Source: Candidatus Zixiibacteriota bacterium (GTDB taxonomy: Bacteria > RBG-13-66-14 > B26-G2 > WVWN01). Taken from it: a DNA stretch of 64,000 bases. The notes below the pieces were generated by a model that did no database searches, was not told the DNA's origin, and saw only the letters and a program-made list of their open reading frames with translations. The stretch spans positions 1 to 64,000 of the forward strand of contig JASFLY010000010.1 of NCBI GenBank assembly GCA_050117845.1. Direction: 5' to 3'. A program made the position numbers and the translations under genes. Below are positions 57,361 to 64,000 of the stretch, piece after piece. The first letter of the stretch is position 1. Each line of letters opens with the position of its first letter.

Positions 57361-58485
57361 TTAGGTTCCGGCCTTGGCTTTGACGATGCGGCCGCGGTAG
57401 GTTTTCCCGGCGCCGATGAGGTAGAAGTTAGTGCCGTCGTACGCGGAGTAGGCGCAACCTTCGGGCAGCGGCGTCGCTAGTTCTTCCCACTTTTTCGCCT
57501 GGAGGTCGTAGCGGTAGGTTTTGAGGCCCATGCGGCCCGCCGTCCCCAGGGCCTCGGCCTCGCAACCGCCGACGACGTAGATGTAGTCGCCGACCGTGTA
57601 GGCCGCCGCTCCGGCGCGGGGCGCGGGGAGGGTCGGTACCTTTTGCCACTTGTAATACGTCAGGTCGTAGCGATATACGGCGTTGGTGACGTGGGCCGGC
57701 TTGAGCTGTTTCCCGCCGATGACGTAGATGCCCCCGGCGGCCACCGTCGCGGCCGGAGACGCGAGCGGAACCGGCAGTTCGTGGTACTTCTTCCATACAC
57801 CCTCGGCCGGGGAGAAGCTGTGCATTTGATGATTGAACTCGGCCACCGGGTCCGCCGGGTCGAAGGTTCCGCCGATGACGAAGAGGTCCTTCCCGCTAAA
57901 GAAGGCCGCCGCATCGCCGCGGGGCACGGGCAGGTACGCTTCTAGCTCGAGTTCCTTCGCCCCCGGCCGCCAGGTGTAAACCTCGCCCACGGGCGTCTCG
58001 AGTTCGGCGAAGTCCAGCCGGCCTTCGGGCGCGAGTCCCATGGGCGGCGGCGTATACATTCCGCCGAGGAACCAGACCCGGCCGTCCGGCCCCGCCGCCA
58101 CGGCCGCGTGGGCGCGTTCGGCGAAGCGGCTGGGATAGGTAGCGACCTCGCGGGTGCCGCCGGCCAAAATCTCGACCACGACGACCTCCGCCCGGTCGCG
58201 GGGGCCGTCGGCCGCGCCGGCGAGTTTACGGGTCCCCATCAGGTAGAGCTTGCCGGAGGTCCATACCGCGCCCGCGGGCCAATCCATTTTCGCGGCGTCG
58301 ACGCCCGCCGGAGACCATTCCTCCCACAATATGTCCTGGGCCGCCGTCGGCGCGCGCAGCGTTTCGATGGCGGGTGCTTCCTCCGCGGTCGAGGCCGTCT
58401 CGGCGCTGCCGTCGCTCTTCTCCGCCGGCCCGCACGAAAGGACGATGGCGGCGACCACGCCGACTATTAATATGTAAACCCTCAC
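57361..58485 (-). CDS. Kelch-repeat lipoprotein
   Basis: Lipobox VLSC; repeated IYVIGG..YRYD..W..LP.PR kelch units. Confidence 0.85.
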   Translation of the reverse strand: MRVYILIVGVVAAIVLSCGPAEKSDGSAETASTAEEAPAIETLRAPTAAQDILWEEWSPAGVDAAKMDWPAGAVWTSGKLYLMGTRKLAGAADGPRDRAEVVVVEILAGGTREVATYPSRFAERAHAAVAAGPDGRVWFLGGMYTPPPMGLAPEGRLDFAELETPVGEVYTWRPGAKELELEAYLPVPRGDAAAFFSGKDLFVIGGTFDPADPVAEFNHQMHSFSPAEGVWKKYHELPVPLASPAATVAAGGIYVIGGKQLKPAHVTNAVYRYDLTYYKWQKVPTLPAPRAGAAAYTVGDYIYVVGGCEAEALGTAGRMGLKTYRYDLQAKKWEELATPLPEGCAYSAYDGTNFYLIGAGKTYRGRIVKAKAGT

Positions 58486-58796
58486 GACTTGCCGTCCTTC
58501 TTGTCGGCGCCCAGGACCTTGGGGACGGAAACGTAGCCGTCGTGGGAAGCGGGCGCGTTCGAAAGCGCCAGGTCGGGCGGCAGGGAAGGGGCGACCTCGT
58601 CCGGCCGCAGCTCCGCCGGCTCGAGCGCCGTGCGGGGCGGCCCCTCCTCGACTTCCAGCCGGGCGAGGATTTCTACGTTCTCGAGAAGCCCCTCTATCTC
58701 CCGGGCGAGTTGCTCTTCCTCCTCGGCCGGCAGCGCGAGGTAGGACTCCCGGATCATTTTGCGGATTACGGCTATCCGTTCCTGGTCTGCGGTCAT
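58482..58796 (-). CDS. gatC: Amidotransferase subunit C
   Basis: LRPDEV.PSL..ALSNAP..DGY.SVPKVL C-terminal GatC motif; size and position upstream of gatA. Confidence 0.8.
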   Translation of the reverse strand: MTADQERIAVIRKMIRESYLALPAEEEEQLAREIEGLLENVEILARLEVEEGPPRTALEPAELRPDEVAPSLPPDLALSNAPASHDGYVSVPKVLGADKKDGKS

Positions 58797-58818
58797 ATAA
58801 GCATCTCCGTAAAGGCCG

Positions 58819-60789
58819 TTACTTGCCCCGGCGTCCCCAGGGCTCGTATTGGATTACGTCGTCTACGTCCACCGGCTCGAGTTCGGCCAACTGCGGGTCG
58901 CCTATCTCGTCCAAAAAGCGCGAGCGTTCCCGGACCTCCGGGACGCCCGCCACCGTGCGCGACTCGGCGTACGAGAGGTACAGCAGGTCCTTGGCGCGCG
59001 TCATGCCGACGTAGCACAGCCGCCGTTCCTCCTCCAGTTCGGCCGTCTCGCCCATGGAGTTGGCGTGGGGCAGTTGGCGCTCCTCCATTCCCACGACGAA
59101 GACGGCGCCGAACTCCAGCCCCTTGGCCGTGTGGAGCGTCATCAGCGAGACGCGGTCGGCGTCGGCGTCGAAGGCGTCGATGTCGCTCACCAGCGCCACC
59201 GATTCCAGGAACTCGCCCAACGTCGCCCCCGGCCGCTCGTCCTCGAACTCGGCCGCCGCCGTTATGAGTTCCCGGACGTTTTCGGCCCGCGCCTCGCCCC
59301 GGACGTCCTCCTGTTCGGTCAGCCAGTTGAGGTAGCCGCTCTTCTCGACCACCGTCTGGAGCGTGACGCTCGGCGGCGTCGTTTCCGCCCCGGCGGCGAG
59401 TTCGGATATCAGCGTCGTGAAGCGCCGGAGGCCGTTCGCGGCCCGGGACGGCAGCGTCGCCAGGACCTCGTCGTCCATCGCCGTCTCGAAGGGCGACCGG
59501 CCTCGCCGGGCGTCCTCTATCTTCCCGAGCGAAGCGGCGCCCGCGCCCCGCGGCGGGAGGTTGACGACGCGGCCGTAGGCCACGGCGTCCCTCTGGTTAT
59601 GTATGAGGCGGAGGTACGCCAGCGCGTCCTTGACCTCGCGCCGTTCGTAGAAGCGCGTTCCGCCCAGGAGCTGGAACGGCAGGCCGGTCGCGGCCAGCAC
59701 CTCCTCCAGAACGCGCGACTGGGCGTTGACTCGATAGAGGATGGCGCATTCCCGATAGTCCAGGCCGTAGTTGGCCCGGACCTCCTCCAGCGCGTACGCC
59801 ACCCGCAGGGCCTCGTGCCGTTCGTCGTAGCACCGGATCACCGCCGGCTTTACTTCGTGCTCCCGGTCGCTCCACAGGTCCTTGGCGTAGCGGTTCTTGC
59901 TGTTGAACTTTATCAGGGCGTTGGCCGCGTCGAGGATACTCTGGTGGGAGCGGTAGTTCTGCTCCAGCGCGAAGACCTCGGCCTCCGGGAAGTCGGTGGT
60001 GAAGCGCTTGAAGTTGCGGATGTCCGCGCCGCGCCAGCGGTAAATCGACTGGTCCGGGTCGCCGACGACGCATATCTGACGGTATTTCGAGGCCAGGAGT
60101 TTAAGCATCTGGTACTGCGCGACGTTGGTGTCCTGATACTCGTCCACCAGGATATGCCGGAAACGGTCCTGCCAGCGCTCCCGGACGTCGGGCCGCCGTC
60201 CCAGAAGAAGCGCCGTCTCCATGATGAGGTCGCCGAAGTCGTAGGCGTTGTTCTCGCGCAGGAGTTCCTGGTACGCGGCGTAAACGTCGGCGATGACCTC
60301 GCGGTAGCCGTCGCCCCGCGGGTACTCCGGGGCGGTGATGAGTTCGCGCTTGGCCGCCTCCACCGCCGCCGCGAGCCGCTTGTAATGGAATTGCTCGGCG
60401 GGCAGGGACCACTTGTTGGCTATTTTTTTGAGGGCGGCCTCGGTGTCCGCCTGGTCGAATATGACGAAGTTGCGGTCGGCCCGGCCGCCGGAGTGCCCCG
60501 CTTCCGCGCGGAGGAAGTTGGCGCCCAGCGCGTGGAAGGTTCCCACTGTTACGGCGGGCCGGTAGCCCAGGCCGGCCTCGAGGCGCCGTTGCATCTCCTG
60601 GGCCGCCTTGTTGGTGAAGGTCACGGCGAGGATGTTGGCGGGCGGGACGTTTCGGGCCGCGATGAGGTGGAGGATGCGTTCGGTTATCACGCGGGTCTTG
60701 CCCGACCCGGCGCCGGCGATGACGACCATCGGCCCGGGCGGGGCGGTGACGACGCGCTCCTGGGAGGGGTTCAGGGTGTTTTTAGCCAC
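58819..60789 (-). CDS. pcrA: UvrD/PcrA family SF1 DNA helicase
   Basis: AGAGSGKT, TFTNKAA, VDEYQDTN, VGDPDQSIY.WRGA, LEQNYRS, TLHTAKGLEF, EERRLCYVGMTRA. Confidence 0.93.
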   Translation of the reverse strand: MAKNTLNPSQERVVTAPPGPMVVIAGAGSGKTRVITERILHLIAARNVPPANILAVTFTNKAAQEMQRRLEAGLGYRPAVTVGTFHALGANFLRAEAGHSGGRADRNFVIFDQADTEAALKKIANKWSLPAEQFHYKRLAAAVEAAKRELITAPEYPRGDGYREVIADVYAAYQELLRENNAYDFGDLIMETALLLGRRPDVRERWQDRFRHILVDEYQDTNVAQYQMLKLLASKYRQICVVGDPDQSIYRWRGADIRNFKRFTTDFPEAEVFALEQNYRSHQSILDAANALIKFNSKNRYAKDLWSDREHEVKPAVIRCYDERHEALRVAYALEEVRANYGLDYRECAILYRVNAQSRVLEEVLAATGLPFQLLGGTRFYERREVKDALAYLRLIHNQRDAVAYGRVVNLPPRGAGAASLGKIEDARRGRSPFETAMDDEVLATLPSRAANGLRRFTTLISELAAGAETTPPSVTLQTVVEKSGYLNWLTEQEDVRGEARAENVRELITAAAEFEDERPGATLGEFLESVALVSDIDAFDADADRVSLMTLHTAKGLEFGAVFVVGMEERQLPHANSMGETAELEEERRLCYVGMTRAKDLLYLSYAESRTVAGVPEVRERSRFLDEIGDPQLAELEPVDVDDVIQYEPWGRRGK

Positions 60790-60863
60790 GGTTTGTCGCT
60801 TCCGGTATTAAAAATCGCCCTTGCGGGCGTCGGTCCGAAGGGGCGCGGGTACGGCGTCGCCGC

Positions 60864-61931
60864 CTATTGCGCTTTCTTCTCGAGGATGCTTCCCAGGCCG
60901 ATGTCGTGGGGCGAGCCGTTCGTCCCGAAGAGATGCTCGAGCACTTTATTATGGCGCCGGGAGGCCGCTATCTTGTTCGATTGGTTCACCGCGGTCTCGA
61001 AGACCTGTTCCTTGACCTCGGCGAGCGCGACGATGAGGTTCTTCTTGCCGAGGTCGTCGAGCGATTCGATGTCGGCGTCAAGCTGGGCCACGTTCACGCG
61101 GTTACCCTTGAATTTTATAATGTCTACCTGCGGGTAGCGCTCGGCCTGCTTGGCCACCCGGTCGCTAAGGGGCACGTCCTGCTTCACGGCGTTGTACAGG
61201 CCGTTCGGCTTGTCGAAGTTGTCGAGGAGCTGGTTTATAAAAAGGGCCAGGACGCCGACGTTGGTCTTGGCGGCGGGGCCGGTTCCGGCGACCCGGGGTT
61301 TCGCTTCCGGTTGTTCGACGCCCTTGAGGAACTCGCCCAGCGTCTTCGCCGGCGTGCCTTCGCCGGACGCCGGGGGCGCCGGTTTGGCGTCCGGGGCGTG
61401 GACTTCGAGCAGGCCCGATTCGATAAGCGTAAAGACTATCTGGGTGGTCTTGAGTTCGGAGAAGCCGGTTTTCTCGGCCAGGTCGGTCAGTGAGAGTTCG
61501 CCGTTGACGAGCGAGAGGACCTTCCACTCGTGGGCCTGGAGCGTGATGTTGTCGGCCTTCTCGCCCGGGCCCGCCGCGAACGCCACGACGTAATTCGATT
61601 CCGGGATTACCTTGCGGAGTTTCGTCCACTCGTCGAGCCGCCGGACCGCCTCCATGATGAGGTTCTGGCAGTCGAGTTCGATGCTGCGGAGGTCGGTCTT
61701 GGAGTCGGTATCGAAGGTGAAGCGACCCTCCCGCCAGTTGAACGTCTCGTAGACGGCCTTCTCGCCGTCCATGTCGGCCACCTGGGCGTGGACGGCCTGG
61801 CCGCGTTCGAACCAGATACGGGCGGCCCGGTCGCCGTCCGTTATAACGAGGAGCCCCGTGCGGGAGCCCATGTTGATGAGCTGGAGAACGTCCGCGAGGG
61901 GGAAGTCTTCGAGATTTCCGTCAAGGCCCAT
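60864..61931 (-). CDS. DUF4388 (PATAN-like) domain protein
   Basis: L.GNLEDFPLADVLQLI..RTGLL..IWFERGQAVHA..W.EGRFTF..LIMEAVRRLDEW, then an HTH-like segment. Confidence 0.88.
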   Translation of the reverse strand: MGLDGNLEDFPLADVLQLINMGSRTGLLVITDGDRAARIWFERGQAVHAQVADMDGEKAVYETFNWREGRFTFDTDSKTDLRSIELDCQNLIMEAVRRLDEWTKLRKVIPESNYVVAFAAGPGEKADNITLQAHEWKVLSLVNGELSLTDLAEKTGFSELKTTQIVFTLIESGLLEVHAPDAKPAPPASGEGTPAKTLGEFLKGVEQPEAKPRVAGTGPAAKTNVGVLALFINQLLDNFDKPNGLYNAVKQDVPLSDRVAKQAERYPQVDIIKFKGNRVNVAQLDADIESLDDLGKKNLIVALAEVKEQVFETAVNQSNKIAASRRHNKVLEHLFGTNGSPHDIGLGSILEKKAQ

Positions 61932-62012
61932 AGAATTGAGACGAAATAAGCCGGCCGGGGTGACTCCTCGCTATCGCCTCCCGTAGCCGACGTAGGTTGA
62001 GCTTAAATCATT

Positions 62013-62606
62013 TCAGCGCGCCGTCTGGCGTGAGAGGTGCGCGATTACGAGCTTGGAAATTGCGCGCAGCGAATCGAATACGCCGATACCGGTCGTCGCG
62101 ATGGATTCGAAACACGGTACCTGTTCGTGGTTGAGCGCCGCCTCGAGTTGTTCCACGGGCGAGCAGTTGGGGAGGTCGCGCTTATTGTACTGGAGGATGT
62201 AGGGGATATTGTCGAGCGAGTACCCCTGCAACTGCAAATTCTTTTTCATGTTTTCGAACGATTCTATGTTCTCGTCGAAACGATTGCGCTGGGAGTCCAC
62301 GACGAAGACGATGCCGTCCACGCCCTTGAGGATGAGCTTGCGGGAGGCGTCGTAGTGCACCTGCCCCGGGACGGTGTAGAGGTGGAACCGGGTTTTGAAT
62401 CCGTTTACGGTTCCGAGTTCGAGCGGGAGGAAGTCGAAGAAGAGCGTGCGGTCGGTGTCCGTCGCCAGCGAGACCATCTTCCCTTTGATGTCGTGGGGGA
62501 GTTTCTCGTGGACGTACAATAGGTTTGTGGTTTTACCGCAAAGGCCGCAACCGTAGTATACGATCTTGCAGTTGATCTCGCGCGAGGAATAGTTGATTAG
62601 CGACAT
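62013..62606 (-). CDS. mglA: MglA small GTPase
   Basis: INYSSREINCKIVYYG.GLCGKTTNL, TDRTLFFDFLP, LYTVPGQV.Y.ASRKLILKGVDG, NKRDLP. Confidence 0.96.
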   Translation of the reverse strand: MSLINYSSREINCKIVYYGCGLCGKTTNLLYVHEKLPHDIKGKMVSLATDTDRTLFFDFLPLELGTVNGFKTRFHLYTVPGQVHYDASRKLILKGVDGIVFVVDSQRNRFDENIESFENMKKNLQLQGYSLDNIPYILQYNKRDLPNCSPVEQLEAALNHEQVPCFESIATTGIGVFDSLRAISKLVIAHLSRQTAR

Positions 62607-62636
62607 ATCCGACCCCCGGCCGCAGACCGGAATAGG

Positions 62637-63137
62637 TTAATCTTTGAACAGGTTGTCGATCTCGCTTTCGGCTACGCTGGTGAAGGTTTCGCCCAGAGGC
62701 GACGGGGCCTCGGCCCCTCGCTCCGCGACCTTTTGGAAGATGCGGTTGAATATGGCCGATAGCTCTTCCACGGCCTTCTTGACGCGTAGGCGAACCAGGC
62801 CCAGGGTCGTTTTATTGTCAAAAACGACGACGAGAATGACCCGCCCGGCCACTACGGAAAGGTGTATGGATTCGTTCGTTCCCTGGTGAAAAAGGACCGA
62901 AAATTCTTCCTGTCCGAGGATTTTCGCGAGTTCGCTGGTCGCGGCGTAATTCCCCGCCGAAAGCGAGGCGAATGACAACGAATCCATGTTCTCGGTGTCC
63001 CCCTGACCCGAGACGAGCTGGCCGGACCGGTCCACGAGTATTGCGAACTTCGAATTCGTCTCGCGGACCAACGTCGACAGGATTTCGTTGATGGTAGTAT
63101 AGTCTTCTTCGAAAAGTACTAAGTCACTGCCAGGCAT
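62637..63137 (-). CDS. mglB: MglB roadblock/LC7 domain GTPase-activating protein
   Basis: LVDRSGQL, ASLSAGNYAAT..LAKILG..EFSVLFHQG, TLGLVRLRVKKA, EIDNLF. Confidence 0.94.
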   Translation of the reverse strand: MPGSDLVLFEEDYTTINEILSTLVRETNSKFAILVDRSGQLVSGQGDTENMDSLSFASLSAGNYAATSELAKILGQEEFSVLFHQGTNESIHLSVVAGRVILVVVFDNKTTLGLVRLRVKKAVEELSAIFNRIFQKVAERGAEAPSPLGETFTSVAESEIDNLFKD

Positions 63138-63290
63138 AAAGTCTCACCTCGCGATTGGCGAGTATAGACTACACCGGCGCCATAAAAGACCTATAAACGC
63201 CGCTGACGCTTTGGTTTAATAAACACTTCTTAAGCTTTTCCATTAAAATATAAAACCCGAGGCAAGTCAAGTTGTTTTTCCTTATCCCGT

Positions 63291-64000
63291 TTATTTTAGT
63301 TGCCCCGAAGGCCGGCCCGGCCGGTCGGCCGGCGGAACCGTTTCCCTTCCCGCCCGTTCCGCCAACAGCGTCGCGTGCTTGCTCTCGAAGAGCCACCGCG
63401 CCCGCCGTCGGTATTTTTCCCGCTCGCTCTCTTTTTCCTGTATCGCCGCGAGGTCGAGGTAGCATTCCCCGCCGACGAGCCACAGGCCCATCTCCCGGCT
63501 CGCCGCCGCGGCCGCCCGCAGGTATTTCCGGGCGCGACGGAGGTCCCCGCCCGCGGCGAAAAGCGCCCCCGCCGTTTTATTGTACGCCGCCGAGAAGAGT
63601 TTTGATTCCCGGGCGCGCCGCTCGAGTTCGGGCCGGCCCAGCATTTCCTGGCACAGGTCCTCGTCGCCCCGGGCGAGCGCCGCCCATCCCGCCAGTATAA
63701 CCGCCACCGCCCGCAGCGTGGCGTTCCCGTCCTCCGTGTATTGCGCCGCCGCCGCGTCCGCCAGCGCGTACGCCCGGTCGTAATCCTCGTCCGCGTAATA
63801 GGCGCCGGCCGCCTCCAGCAGTTTGGCGCCGGCCGGGCCGCCCTTTTCCCCTGCCGTCGCCTCCGCGGCCTTGCCGAGGAGAAGATGGTATCCTTCCGTG
63901 TCGCCGCGGAGGAGTTTGGCCGCGCCGGAGATCAAGGCCGCCGTCGCCGCACAGCCGTCGACGCCGTCGAATTCGGCCCGGTGGCGGGCTTCGTCCGCGA
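63291..64000 (-). CDS. TPR-like helical repeat protein (5' end outside window)
   Basis: Frame is open to the window edge; Ala-rich TPR-like helices (GDLRRARKYL, GECYLDLA). Confidence 0.65.
   Translation of the reverse strand, partial: ADEARHRAEFDGVDGCAATAALISGAAKLLRGDTEGYHLLLGKAAEATAGEKGGPAGAKLLEAAGAYYADEDYDRAYALADAAAAQYTEDGNATLRAVAVILAGWAALARGDEDLCQEMLGRPELERRARESKLFSAAYNKTAGALFAAGGDLRRARKYLRAAAAASREMGLWLVGGECYLDLAAIQEKESEREKYRRRARWLFESKHATLLAERAGRETVPPADRPGRPSGQLK

Overview
A 64-kb stretch of core chromosome from a GC-rich, double-membraned (TolC, TonB-dependent receptor, many lipoproteins), probably anaerobic bacterium (four-subunit 2-oxoacid:ferredoxin oxidoreductase, DUF362/polyferredoxin pair). 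About 60 tightly packed CDSs can be supported. They include livKHM, secD, a split dTDP-rhamnose (rfb) operon, hflX, gatB and a separate gatC/gatA, tadA, porCDAB, recR, pcrA/uvrD and an mglB-mglA-DUF4388 polarity module. I found no rRNA, tRNA, CRISPR array or prophage. Five non-routine signals stand out. (1) A REP-associated HUH tyrosine transposase (RAYT) sits between livH and livM inside BIME-like doublets of a 24-nt GTG(G/C)-hairpin REP. The REP stems show compensatory substitutions, and the family recurs at two distant loci (~190 and ~45.9 kb). (2) Unrelated secreted proteins share a short C-terminal tag, approximately [V/L]-x-P-x-[S/T]-[M/L]-G-x-[V/L]-[K/L]-A-x-[F/Y], which is a candidate lineage-specific protein-sorting signal. 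A CPBP protease embedded in a permease-less TolC/MFP/ABC operon is a speculative partner. (3) A lipoprotein copy of the SecD periplasmic P1 domain lies directly upstream of secD, and secF is absent from the locus. (4) A thioredoxin is followed by two tandem DUF6029-like beta-barrel paralogues whose differences cluster in loops. (5) Several tandem lipoprotein families are present. All family assignments come from motif recognition by eye; no database searches were run.
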